In this document: positions 1 through 8,912 of the stretch, one piece after another
Layout: each line of letters begins with the position of its first letter
How positions within the stretch are numbered: position 1 is the stretch's first letter
Assembly (NCBI GenBank): GCA_026392265.1
Contig: JAPLCL010000074.1
Coordinates: 1 to 44,535 of the forward strand
DNA length: 44,535 nt
From: Actinomycetota bacterium
GTDB lineage: Bacteria > Actinomycetota > Thermoleophilia > UBA2241
Reading direction: 5' to 3'
Program-made: the position numbers and the translations under genes
The notes under the pieces: generated by a model
Databases searched by the model: none
What the model was told of the DNA's origin: nothing
The model's input: only the letters and a program-made list of their open reading frames with translations

Positions 1-1
1 C

Positions 2-706
2 AATCTCGCCAAATACGTGCGCTTCATCCTCATCACGCTGGTCGCTTTCGTGGCCACCTTCCTCGGGGCGAGCATCTTCAACATCGCCGCCGGCGAGCCG
101 TTCACCCCCGTGCAGATCCTGTGGATCAACTTCCTCATCGACATGCCGCTGGGCATCGCCCTGGGGTTCGACAAGGAGACGCCGGGGCTGATGCTGCGCC
201 GGCCCCGGCCGCGTAACGCGTCGATCCTCACGGGCAGCGTGCTGGTCAGCTCGGGCCTGGTGGGCCTGTACATGGCTGTGGTCCTGCTGGGGCTGATCGC
301 CTACGGCAAGCAGCAGTACGGAAACGTGAACAGCGGCGTGTCCATGGCCATCACTTCGTTCCTGTTCTTCCGCATCGTCGGCACCTTCCAGAGCCGCAGC
401 ACGACCGGCACCACGTTCAAGGTCGCCACCTTCGACTGCAAGCAGATCAACTACATCGTCATCGGTGAGGTGGTGCTGTCGCTGCTGGTCACGCAGTGGG
501 ACGTCCTGCGCGCGCTGCTGGGGACCGTGGCGCTGACGGAGCACCAGTGGTGGCTGTCCTTCGCGCCGGCGCTGACACTCCTGTTCCTGTGGGAGATCGG
601 CAAGTTCATCGCGCGCCGCGTGAGCAAGGATGCGGACGCACAGGAGGCGGCGCCCGCGGCGCCGAGCACCCACGTGAATGCGCCTGATCCCACCCACGAT
701 CCCTGA
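2..706 (+). CDS. P-type cation-transporting ATPase, C-terminal membrane part (5' end lies outside the window)
   Basis: The frame of ORF 17..706 stays open to the window edge. PVQILWINFLIDMPLGIALGFDKETPGLMLRRPRP is the conserved signature of the cation-ATPase C-terminal domain, and further hydrophobic helices follow. TGA stop at 704-706. Confidence 0.8.
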   Translation, partial: NLAKYVRFILITLVAFVATFLGASIFNIAAGEPFTPVQILWINFLIDMPLGIALGFDKETPGLMLRRPRPRNASILTGSVLVSSGLVGLYMAVVLLGLIAYGKQQYGNVNSGVSMAITSFLFFRIVGTFQSRSTTGTTFKVATFDCKQINYIVIGEVVLSLLVTQWDVLRALLGTVALTEHQWWLSFAPALTLLFLWEIGKFIARRVSKDADAQEAAPAAPSTHVNAPDPTHDP

Positions 707-850
707 AGGCACGAGGAGTGACGGCGAGCGCGTCGCGTTCGACGCGCTCGCCGCCGCACCCCCAACGCCGGCGCCCTTGCAGGCGTCGTCCGACGGGGTA
801 CCCTTTGAAGCGACGGCTTGGCACGCAGAGACCAACACGGGGAGGGGACC

Positions 851-1921
851 ATGGATACCGTCATCCGCCACTCACATTGCCGGCGCAACCCAGGTAGTAG
901 ACGGCTGAGCGGCAAGCTCATTCTGTTGCTGGCCGCCGGGCTGGCGTTTCTCATGCTGTGCCCGGCGCTCGCCGGCGCCGGCGGCCCGCCGCAGCACCGC
1001 GGGGTCGACGCCTGGCTCAACGGCGTCGACGTCGTCGGCGACTGGGGGTGGTCGGTCGGCTCGAGCGGCCTGATCGTGCACTGGTCGCGCGATGGCGGCA
1101 CCAGGGAGGTCTGGAGCCTGGGCGTCAGTGACGACATCCAGGCCATCGACATGGCCACTGCCAAGGTCGGCTACGTGGTGACGGCAGGCAAGGGATCGTC
1201 CAAGGCCGTAGTGTTCAAGACCACCGACGGCGGGCGCCACTGGTCGCGCAAGCTGACGGCCGCGGTCGACGTGCTGGCGGCGGTCAAGTTCAGGACCCCG
1301 AGTCTCGGCTGGGTCGCCGGCCGCGGCGGCACCGTCCTCAAGACCACGAACGGCGGCAAGACCTGGGCCAAGCAGCAGACGAAGACCACCGAGACGCTGT
1401 ACTCGCTCAGCTTTCCCAGCGCCAAGGTCGGCTACGCTGTCGGCTCGGGCGGCGCCATCCTCAAGACCGTCAACGCGGGGAAGACGTGGAGCAAGCAGGC
1501 CGGCGGGACCACTGAAGCCCTGTACGGAGTCGATTTCGTGGGCACCACGATCGGCTGGGCCGTGGGCGGCGATGCGGTGGGCGTCTGCCTCAACACCATC
1601 GATGGCGGCAAGACCTGGAACCCGCAGGGCAGTGACTTGCCTCCGCTGGCGGCGGTCGACTTCGCCGACGCCACCACGGGGTGGGTGCTCGGCAACGAGG
1701 GCGCGTGGCCCAACGTCTACGGTAAGGTCATCAAGGTCACCGCTGGCGGAGGCACGTGGACCGATCAGAGCGCGACGGTGGATCCCTCACCGCCGGACTA
1801 CGGATTGATCGCCCTCAAGGTCGTCGACCCGCAGCACGCCTACGCGGAGGGCGAGAGCGAGGCGAGCCTGTACACCGACGACGGGGTGCTCTGGCATCTG
1901 GCGCACACTGCCACTCCTTGA
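851..1921 (+). CDS. secreted BNR/Asp-box repeat beta-propeller protein (Ycf48-like)
   Basis: ATG 851 is preceded by GGAGGGG. The N-terminus is hydrophobic and signal-like (LILLLAAGLAFLMLCPALAGA). Regularly spaced Asp-box motifs are present: TTDGGRHWS, TTNGGKTWA, TVNAGKTWS, TIDGGKTWN. Confidence 0.7.
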   Translation: MDTVIRHSHCRRNPGSRRLSGKLILLLAAGLAFLMLCPALAGAGGPPQHRGVDAWLNGVDVVGDWGWSVGSSGLIVHWSRDGGTREVWSLGVSDDIQAIDMATAKVGYVVTAGKGSSKAVVFKTTDGGRHWSRKLTAAVDVLAAVKFRTPSLGWVAGRGGTVLKTTNGGKTWAKQQTKTTETLYSLSFPSAKVGYAVGSGGAILKTVNAGKTWSKQAGGTTEALYGVDFVGTTIGWAVGGDAVGVCLNTIDGGKTWNPQGSDLPPLAAVDFADATTGWVLGNEGAWPNVYGKVIKVTAGGGTWTDQSATVDPSPPDYGLIALKVVDPQHAYAEGESEASLYTDDGVLWHLAHTATP

Positions 1922-1974
1922 TCCGGCGCCTCGTTGCGTGTTCGCCGCCGGCCGCACCGGGGTAGACCGCAGGC

Positions 1975-2424
1975 ATGGATTACTCGGCCGAGACCTTCGG
2001 GATGCTGCGCGCGCTGTTCGCGCGCCAGCGCCTCGGGGTGCTGGCCACGCACGGACCTGAGCACCCCTACGCCAGTCTCGTGGCGGTGCGCGCCGACGAC
2101 GACCTGCGTCACCTCTACTTCAGCACCACACGGGCGACGCGCAAGTTCCAGTTTCTGAGCGCGGAGCCGCAGGTTGCCATGCTCGTGGACAGCCGCTCAG
2201 ACGACGACCTCGACTTTCACGGCGCCGTGGCCGCCACGGCGGTCGGCGCGGTGCGAGAGCTCGAAGGTGACGAGCGCGCGCTGCAGCTTGCGGCCTTCTT
2301 GACGCGGCACCCGCACCTGCGCCCGTTCGCGAGCGCGCCGTCGAGCGCGCTGGTCGAGCTCGAGGTCGACACGTACTACATCGTGAGCCGCTTTCAGAAC
2401 GTCACCGAACTGCACATGAGGTAG
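1975..2424 (+). CDS. pyridoxamine 5'-phosphate oxidase-family (split-barrel FMN-binding) protein
   Basis: 149 aa. The pattern LRALFARQRLGVLATHGPEHPYASLVAV...LYFSTTRATRKFQFL...VAMLVD is typical of PNPOx-like proteins. GC3 is high. TAG stop at 2422-2424. Confidence 0.55.
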   Translation: MDYSAETFGMLRALFARQRLGVLATHGPEHPYASLVAVRADDDLRHLYFSTTRATRKFQFLSAEPQVAMLVDSRSDDDLDFHGAVAATAVGAVRELEGDERALQLAAFLTRHPHLRPFASAPSSALVELEVDTYYIVSRFQNVTELHMR

Positions 2425-2428
2425 CGCG

Positions 2429-4609
2429 GTGACGGGCCCGGCCTACGTCATCCCCGACGCGGATATCGGCGAGCGCTTGGCGGCGCGCGTCGGCGGCAAG
2501 GCGCTCGCTCTGGCGCGTATGGCGCGCGCCGGCATCGCCGTACCGTCGTTCGTGGCCGTCACCACCGATGCGTACGCGGCGTACCTCGACGAGACCGGGT
2601 TGCGCGTGCGCATCCTCTTCGAGCTCGAGCGCAAGGATTTCACCGAGATGCGCTGGGAGGAGCTGTGGGACGCGGCCCTGCGCATCCGCAACCTGTTTCT
2701 CACCACGCCGCTGCCGGAGGAGCTGCGCGCGGCGCTGGCGCACTCGCTGGCCGCGCACTTCGCCGAGGTGGCCACCGTGGTGCGCTCCTCGGCGCCCGGC
2801 GAGGACTCCGCAGGCGCCTCGTTCGCCGGTCTGCACGAGTCGTACGTGAACGTGCGCGGCGTCGACGCCATCCTCGAGCACGTCAAGCTCGTGTGGGCCT
2901 CGCTCTGGTCCGATGCGGCGCTACTCTACCGGCGCGAGCTGGGGCTCGACCCCAGGCGCAGCGTCATGGCGGTGGTGGTGCAGGAGATCGTCGCCGGGGA
3001 GCGCTCGGGCGTGGCCTTCAGCTGCCATCCCGACGACGACCGGCGGGCCCTGGTCGAGGCCGTGCACGGCCTGAACCAGGGCCTCGTGGACGGCGTCGTC
3101 GAACCCGACCGCTGGACGCTCGATCGCCGCGACGGTGCGGTGCTCGAGCACCATCAGGCGGAGCGTCGCGAGATGATGTCGGCGGCGGCTGACGGTGTGC
3201 GCCTCGTGCCCTTGTCCGGCGAGCGCCGCGACGTAGCTCCGCTGGCGGCCGATGAGGTGCCGCTGGTGTACGGCCTGGCGCGGCGCGCCGAGGGGCACTT
3301 CGAGGCGCCGCAGGACGTGGAGTGGACGCTGCGCCGCGACGAGCTCTACGCGCTGCAATCGCGCCCGATCACCACGCTGGCCGGCGCGGCCGGCGACGGG
3401 CGTGCCGCGTACTTGAGCCTGACGCGCAGCTTCGACAGTCTGCAGGGCCTGCGGAGGCGCATCGAGGATGAGGACATCCCGGCGCTGGTGGCCGCGGCCG
3501 ACCGCCTGGCGGGCACACCGCTTGGGAGCCTTGACGACGCCGGCCTGCGCGCGGCCATGCAGGAGCGCAAGTTCGCCCACGACCGGGGCGTCGACACCTA
3601 CGTCGCCGAATTCATCCCCTTCGCCCACGGCGCCCGCCTCTTCGGCAGCGCCTACAACGACGTGCTGCACCCCGAGGACCCCTACGAGTTCACCGACCTG
3701 CTCACGGCGACGCCCATGCTCAGCCTGCGCCGCAACGCCGCGCTGGCGCGGGTGGCAGCCTGTCTGCGCGACGGCGACCACGCGGCCGCTGAGCGCGCGC
3801 TCAGCGAGTACCTCGCCGAGTTCGGCGACGTCGGCGGCGTCGGTGGTGGCGGTGGCGAACAGGCCGCCGACGTTCGCTCCCGCGAGGAGGTGCTGGGCGT
3901 CGCCCGCCGGCTCGCCGCGCGTCCCGTGGGCCGCGCGCCGGTGCGTCCCGACCCGGCGGAGCGCGCGCAGCGCTTCATCGAGGCGTATCCCGAGGCGGAG
4001 CGGGAGCGCGCCGCCGAGCTGCTCGAGCTGGGTCGCGCCAGCTGGCGCCTGCGCGACGACGACAACCTGTACCTCGGCCGCCTCGAGCGACTGCTCACGG
4101 AGGCGCTGGACGAGGCGGGCCGCCGCGGACTGGATGTCGACGAAGACCTGCGGCCGCGCGCGGTCACGCTGCCGTCGCCGCTGGGCGTGGTGCCTCCGGA
4201 TGTCGGGCAGGCCGGGCAGGTCGGGCAGGCCGGGCAGGCTGCGCCCGCCGGCCCCCCGTCGGCCGATCCTGCCGGCGTGCGCCGCCAGGCGCGTCAGATC
4301 GTCGGGCAGCCCGCAGGCCCGGGCCTCGCCGTCGGGATCGCGCACGTCGTCGCGGGCCGGGACGACCTGGCGGCGTTCGCCGACGGCGAGATCCTCGTCT
4401 GCGACGCTATCGCGCCCGAGATGACCTACATCGTGCCGCTGGCCGCGGGCATCGTGGAACGCCGTGGCGGCATGCTGATCCACGGCGCCATCATCGCCCG
4501 CGAGTACGGCCTGCCCTGCGTGACCGGCGTGCCGCTGGCCACCGAGCTCATCCGCACCGGCGACCGCCTCACCGTCGACGGCTATCTCGGCATCGTCGTC
4601 ATCGGCTGA
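2429..4609 (+). CDS. PEP-utilising-enzyme family kinase with rifampicin-phosphotransferase-like architecture (N-terminal PPDK-type ATP-grasp, C-terminal swivelling His domain, no PEP/pyruvate TIM barrel)
   Basis: GTG start at 2429. GGKALALARMARAGIAVPSFVAVT and VRSSAPGEDSAGASFAGLHESYVNV match the PPDK/PEP-synthase nucleotide-binding domain. The C-terminal ILVCDAIAPEMTYIVPLAAGIVERRGGMLIHGAIIAREYGLPCVTGV is the PEP-utilising mobile domain. Confidence 0.7.
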   Translation: MTGPAYVIPDADIGERLAARVGGKALALARMARAGIAVPSFVAVTTDAYAAYLDETGLRVRILFELERKDFTEMRWEELWDAALRIRNLFLTTPLPEELRAALAHSLAAHFAEVATVVRSSAPGEDSAGASFAGLHESYVNVRGVDAILEHVKLVWASLWSDAALLYRRELGLDPRRSVMAVVVQEIVAGERSGVAFSCHPDDDRRALVEAVHGLNQGLVDGVVEPDRWTLDRRDGAVLEHHQAERREMMSAAADGVRLVPLSGERRDVAPLAADEVPLVYGLARRAEGHFEAPQDVEWTLRRDELYALQSRPITTLAGAAGDGRAAYLSLTRSFDSLQGLRRRIEDEDIPALVAAADRLAGTPLGSLDDAGLRAAMQERKFAHDRGVDTYVAEFIPFAHGARLFGSAYNDVLHPEDPYEFTDLLTATPMLSLRRNAALARVAACLRDGDHAAAERALSEYLAEFGDVGGVGGGGGEQAADVRSREEVLGVARRLAARPVGRAPVRPDPAERAQRFIEAYPEAERERAAELLELGRASWRLRDDDNLYLGRLERLLTEALDEAGRRGLDVDEDLRPRAVTLPSPLGVVPPDVGQAGQVGQAGQAAPAGPPSADPAGVRRQARQIVGQPAGPGLAVGIAHVVAGRDDLAAFADGEILVCDAIAPEMTYIVPLAAGIVERRGGMLIHGAIIAREYGLPCVTGVPLATELIRTGDRLTVDGYLGIVVIG
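4202..4237 (+). repeat. 4 x 9-bp in-frame tandem repeat (gtcgggcag/gccgggcag) encoding (V/A)GQ x4 in the inter-domain linker
   Basis: Read directly from the sequence: gtcgggcag gccgggcag gtcgggcag gccgggcag. It translates to VGQAGQVGQAGQ inside the 2429..4609 CDS. Confidence 0.9.
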
Positions 4610-4614
4610 GGAGC

Positions 4615-4638
4615 GGGGCCTCGACGCCGAGACCCCTT
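4615..4638 (+). terminator. terminator-like hairpin after the PEP-utilising enzyme gene
   Basis: ggggcctcg-acgc-cgagacccc gives 8 of 9 stem pairs, followed by tt. It begins 6 nt after the TGA at 4607-4609. The U-tract is weak. Confidence 0.35.
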
Positions 4639-4680
4639 GCCTCGGGTACGCCGCACGCCTAGAGTCGTACCCACGTGCAT

Positions 4681-4740
4681 GCAGCGTCTTTGGGGAGGCG
4701 GTCATGACAGTGCCCGGGATCTCGGCAACTCGGCGTGGCG
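4681..4740 (+). repeat. copy 1 of a shared ~60-nt leader, RBS and signal-peptide start module
   Basis: GCAGCGTCTTTGGGGAGGCGGTCATGA plus the next 33 nt match 6308..6367 at 48 of 60 positions without gaps (25/27 in the leader part). Confidence 0.8.
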
Positions 4741-6290
4741 CCCTCGGCGCCGCCCTCTCGCTCCTGCTCTTGCCACTTGCGCTTTTCGCCCTGCCATCCG
4801 CCGCCATCGCAGCGCCCTGCGCGGCGGTCTCGCTCGGCGTTCCCGCGCCGGCCGCGCACGCCAACACGCCTCCATCGCTCGGCGTGTGGGGCACCAAAGG
4901 CTCCGGCCCGATGCAGTTCCAAGGGCCGACGGGCATCGACGTCGGCCCCGAAGGGGTGTACGTCGCCGACCAGGGCAACAGCCGCGTGCAGGTGTTCACC
5001 GAGAATGGCGACTTCGTCAGGGAGATCGGCAAGCACGGCGACGCCAAGGGCGAGTTTCTGTCCATCACCCGCATCCACGTCAACGGCGGCGGTGACCTGT
5101 ACATCTCCGAGGACAACGGACGCATCCAGAAGATCTTCGAAGACGGCCACGTGCACCTGTACGAAGGGAGCGGCGCCGGGGACGGGGTCTTTGACGGCGC
5201 CTGCGGGATCACGGTCGACTATGCGAGCGGTCTGATATACGTCGTCGACACAAAGAACTGCCGGGTGCAGAAGCTCGATCAGTTCGGCGCCTTCAGGGGC
5301 GCATTTGGCACGAAAGGCAGCGCAGAGGGCCAGTTCGAAAGCCCTACCGGGATCGCCGGGACGTACGGGGTCTTCTACGTGGTCGATTCCGGCAACTCGC
5401 GCATCCAGGAGATGTCGGACGACGGCGCCGTGCGCCGCGTGATAGGCAGGCCGGGCGATGGGGCCGGGGAGCTCAACGAACCGATGGGCGTGGCCCTCGA
5501 CCGGGACGGCAACGTGTACGTCGCCGACACGGGCCACGACCGCGTCGTGGTGTTCGACAATTCCGGCGACTTCGTCACCCAATGGCAGGTGACCGGCGGC
5601 TCCAGCGCCGAAGGCAGGTGCGTGGCCGACATCGCCGTCGATGGAGATGGCAACGTGTACGTCATCGACACCGTGCAGACTTACGTGCAGAAGTTCGGCC
5701 CCATCTCGAAGAGCACCGATGGGACCCCGCCGACCACCAAGGTCCACAACGCCGACGACGAATGGCATCGAACGGAGGTGAAGCTCACCTTCACGGCGAC
5801 CGACGTCGGTGGCTCGGGGGTGGACTTCACCGAGTACACGATCGGCGGCGGAGGTTGGACGCCGGGCCCCGTGGCCATCGTGCCCGCCCCCGCCGAAAAG
5901 CACCAGGGGGATGGGCCGATCAAAGTGCGGTTCCGCTCGGTCGACCGCGCGGGCAACGTGGAGCGCTACAAGAGCGTGACGGTGCTCATCGACACCGAGG
6001 CGCCCGTGGTGGAGGTCCATCGCTCAAGCGTGACCAAGGGCCGGCGGGCGAGCGTCCGTTTCTCGGCGAGCGATCGGCTCAGCCCCCAGCTCATGGTGAT
6101 CGGGACGGTGGAGACCAAATCCCACGACGTGCTGCACACCGCGCAGTCGGAATGGTTCAAACCGAAAGGCCTCAATGGCTGGAGCTTCATCGCCAGGTTC
6201 CGGAAGGGCTACTATCTAGCGACGATCACGGCCTACGATCGCGCCGGCAACATCAGCGCGACGGAACAGAACTGGTTGGTCGTCAACTGA
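4704..6290 (+). CDS. secreted NHL-repeat beta-propeller protein with a C-terminal Ig-like/beta-sandwich region
   Basis: ATG 4704 follows GGGGAGG. Signal peptide LSLLLLPLALFALPSAAIAAP. Repeated NHL units are present, e.g. GPMQFQGPTGIDVGPEGVYVADQGNSRVQVF, GQFESPTGIAGTYGVFYVVDSGNSRIQEM, GELNEPMGVALDRDGNVYVADTGHDRVVVF. The C-terminal part carries two DRAGN motifs. Confidence 0.8.
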   Translation: MTVPGISATRRGALGAALSLLLLPLALFALPSAAIAAPCAAVSLGVPAPAAHANTPPSLGVWGTKGSGPMQFQGPTGIDVGPEGVYVADQGNSRVQVFTENGDFVREIGKHGDAKGEFLSITRIHVNGGGDLYISEDNGRIQKIFEDGHVHLYEGSGAGDGVFDGACGITVDYASGLIYVVDTKNCRVQKLDQFGAFRGAFGTKGSAEGQFESPTGIAGTYGVFYVVDSGNSRIQEMSDDGAVRRVIGRPGDGAGELNEPMGVALDRDGNVYVADTGHDRVVVFDNSGDFVTQWQVTGGSSAEGRCVADIAVDGDGNVYVIDTVQTYVQKFGPISKSTDGTPPTTKVHNADDEWHRTEVKLTFTATDVGGSGVDFTEYTIGGGGWTPGPVAIVPAPAEKHQGDGPIKVRFRSVDRAGNVERYKSVTVLIDTEAPVVEVHRSSVTKGRRASVRFSASDRLSPQLMVIGTVETKSHDVLHTAQSEWFKPKGLNGWSFIARFRKGYYLATITAYDRAGNISATEQNWLVVN

Positions 6291-6307
6291 GTCGCAGAAA
6301 CGTACAG

Positions 6308-6367
6308 GCAGCGTCGTGGGGGAGGCGGTCATGAGAGCGCGCAAGAACTGGGCAGCTCGGCTTGGCA
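6308..6367 (+). repeat. copy 2 of the shared leader, RBS and signal-peptide start module
   Basis: GCAGCGTCGTGGGGGAGGCGGTCATGA plus the next 33 nt. See 4681..4740. Confidence 0.8.
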
Positions 6368-7716
6368 TCCGTGTGGCGATGGCGCTTTGCCTGCTTGTGT
6401 CGCTTGCCGGCTGCGGTACCGGCGGCTCAGGCGCGACCGGCGCCGGCCCCACCGCCGATGCACAGAGCCCCGACGGGCTGGTCAGTGAGACTACGGGCGC
6501 CACCTCCTCCTCCACCGCCACGCCCGTGGCCACAGCCGACCGCGCCGAGATCGAACGCCGGCTCGCGCTGCCGCGCTTCACCTACGTGGCCGAGTCCGAA
6601 GGCCAAGGCACCGCGAAGCCCTTCGGCGCTCTGGCCTTCATCGATTCCGAGACCGACACGCTTGCCTTTCGGCCACACATCGGCAGTGATCTCGGGCGCG
6701 TCGCCGTGGCCCCCGACGGCCGGCTCATCTACGTCACCGACGAAGACGAGCCCGTGGTGTGGGTGGTCGACGCCTAGACTCACGAGAAGGTGCGCAGCAT
6801 CCGCCTGCCCGGGGTGAGCCCGCACAAGTCGGGCGCCAAGACCGCCACCGGCAAGTACACGTACGAATCCCTGCTGCCGTGCTCGTCGGCGGTGGCCTGC
6901 ACGCCCGACGGCGCCCTGGTGCTGGTGCTCTCGCAGGCCGGCCTGCAGGTCATCGACACTGCCTCCGCCGAGGTGGTGCGCACGCTGCCCGAACTGCGTA
7001 GTGGTAACGAAGTGGCGGTGAGCTTCGACGGCAAGCATGCTTTCATCGCCACCGTGGACTCCCTGACCCGCGGCAAGCACACCATGCTCGAGTGGGTCAA
7101 GATGTCCATCGCGGGGGTGGGCGGCGGCCTTGCCCTGCTCGACCTCGAGACCTGGCAGGTCGTGAAGCGCGTGAAGTGCGGGGAGGTCGGCGGGATCGCC
7201 GTGGACCCTGACGACAGCCGCATCTTCTGCAGCGACTTCAAGCTCAAGGCGCTGCGTATCGTCGACCCGGTCACGCTGGCCGACATCGCAGTCGTGTCCC
7301 TGAAGTCGGCCAAGGCCCAGTACTTCCAGCCGCGGGGTGTGGGCGTGCTGCCCGACGGCAGCAAGGCCTACGTCGTCTGCGCCGCGGTGATGCCGACCAG
7401 CGGGCAGATGACGTCGGCGGCGACCGCAGGTGCGACCCCCGACTTGTTCTTCTGCGCGGTGGTCAAGACGGAGTCGCAGGAGGTCATCAAGCGCATACCG
7501 CTCGAAGCCTACTGACCGATCTACATCGCCATCCGGTCGGATGGCACCAAGGCGTACCTCTCGGGCGGGCCGATCTGCCACACTGTGGTCATCGACACCG
7601 TCAAGGACGTCGTCCTCGGCGACATCGGCAAGAAGCTGGTGCAGACGGGTGGCGCGGCCGTGCGGCCGTTCTGGTGGTCCACGGCTTGCATGGAGGTGCT
7701 GGGCGAGGGCCAGTGA
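6331..7716 (+). pseudogene. YVTN-type beta-propeller lipoprotein interrupted by an in-frame TAG (6775-6777) and an in-frame TGA (7513-7515)
   Basis: ATG 6331 follows GGGGGAGG. Lipobox LVSLAGC. ORFs 6316..6777 and 6790..7515 are in the same frame, as is the untracked stretch 7516..7716. The repeat consensus runs straight across both stops: LIYVTDEDEPVVWVVDA*THEKVRSIRLPG and IPLEAY*PIYIAIRSDGTKAYLSGGPICHTVVIDTVKDVVLGDIG. The final TGA is at 7714-7716. Confidence 0.75.
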
Positions 7717-7745
7717 CGCAGGCGTCGAGCTGAGGACCGCGCGGG

Positions 7746-8912
7746 CTACGCCTCGAACGACCCCTTGCGCAGCGCCTCGCCGTCGCGCACCATCCACTGT
7801 CCGCCGGCGATCACATGACGCAGGCGCAGATCCTCGTCGAGCACTATAAGGTCGGCATCGGCGCCGGCCGCGATGTGCCCCTTGCCCCGCAGCTTGAGGA
7901 TGTCGCCGACGTTCGTGGAGACGACGCGTACGGCCTGATCGATGGGCAGGCCCTCGTCGCGGACGGCGTCCACGAACTCGCGGAAGATGGAGGCCGGCTC
8001 CCCGGTCTCGAGCTTGGCCAGCTCGCCGGCTTCGTCAAATGACGGCAGCGACCCGCAGCCGTCCGAGCTCATCGTGATGTGCCCGATTGGCACCCCGGCG
8101 GCCAGGAGTTGCACAATCGCCGCCGATGGCTTCACTTCCTCGTCGGGGAAGTAGGGATACGAGCTTGCGGTGATGTCCAGGTAGCCGTCGCGGCCATACT
8201 CCAGCGCGTCCGCGAAGACGGCGGCGCTGCGGTTGACGTGCGTCGGCAGGAACTGCGTCGCTTTGAGCTCGCTGCGCCGCACCACTTCACGGACGATCTC
8301 GAACGGCCGTTCGCCGTCGCCCAGGTGCAGGTTCACGATGCCGGCCTTACCGCCGAGCATGCCGCCCACGCGCGCGTGGGCGGCGAGGCGGATGAGTTCG
8401 TCCACCGTGGGGCCGGACGAGCGGTGATCGGCCACGGCGATCTCGCCGACGCCGATCACCTCCTCGATGAGTGCGATGTCGCGGCCGACGTCACCGAGCA
8501 GGGTGGGCGGCGGCACCTGATAGGCGCCGGTGTAGATCCAGCAGCTCACGCCCTCGGCGCGCAGCTCCTTGGCCTTCATCAGCAGGCCCTCAAGCGAGCG
8601 CGTGAAGCCGTCCGTGCCCAGGGCACCGATCACAGTGGTGATACCGCCGGCGAGCAGCTGGCTCAGGCGCAGCTCGGGCGTACGGCTCGCCGGGCCACCT
8701 TCGCCGCCGGCCCCGGCGATGTGTACGTGGCCGTCGATCAGGCCGGGCAGCGCCAGCAGGCCCCGGCCGTCTACGACGTCCACCTCGACGCCGCGTGGCG
8801 GCGTGATGCCCGGCGCCACGCCCACCACTCTCCCGCCGGCGAGCAGTACGTCGCTGCGCCCCAACGGCTCGGGTGCGTACACATCGATGTCGCGAAGCAG
8901 GATCACGGCCAC
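7746..8912 (-). CDS. iadA: isoaspartyl (beta-aspartyl) dipeptidase, amidohydrolase superfamily
   Basis: ILLRDIDVYAPEPLGRSDVLLAGGRVVGV...LPGLIDGHVHIAGAGGEGGPASRTPE is the IadA-type N-terminus with the HxH metal motif. The likely start is GTG 8912 (or 8906). The upstream part of ORF 7746..9071 overlaps the cphA promoter and start and looks non-coding. TAG stop. Confidence 0.75.
   Translation of the reverse strand: MAVILLRDIDVYAPEPLGRSDVLLAGGRVVGVAPGITPPRGVEVDVVDGRGLLALPGLIDGHVHIAGAGGEGGPASRTPELRLSQLLAGGITTVIGALGTDGFTRSLEGLLMKAKELRAEGVSCWIYTGAYQVPPPTLLGDVGRDIALIEEVIGVGEIAVADHRSSGPTVDELIRLAAHARVGGMLGGKAGIVNLHLGDGERPFEIVREVVRRSELKATQFLPTHVNRSAAVFADALEYGRDGYLDITASSYPYFPDEEVKPSAAIVQLLAAGVPIGHITMSSDGCGSLPSFDEAGELAKLETGEPASIFREFVDAVRDEGLPIDQAVRVVSTNVGDILKLRGKGHIAAGADADLIVLDEDLRLRHVIAGGQWMVRDGEALRKGSFEA

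Noticed and set aside
2921-5212. A 763-aa ORF on the minus strand, and similar very long ORFs at 9256..11622, 14985..17585, 26552..28645, 32735..34363, 24641..25414 and 21578..22897.
   Set aside because: These are shadow ORFs opposite well-supported genes in a GC-rich genome, where stop codons are rare in off-frames. Their translations are Arg/Ala/Gly/Pro-rich, they contain no recognisable motifs, and their third positions do not carry the GC3 bias seen in the sense genes.
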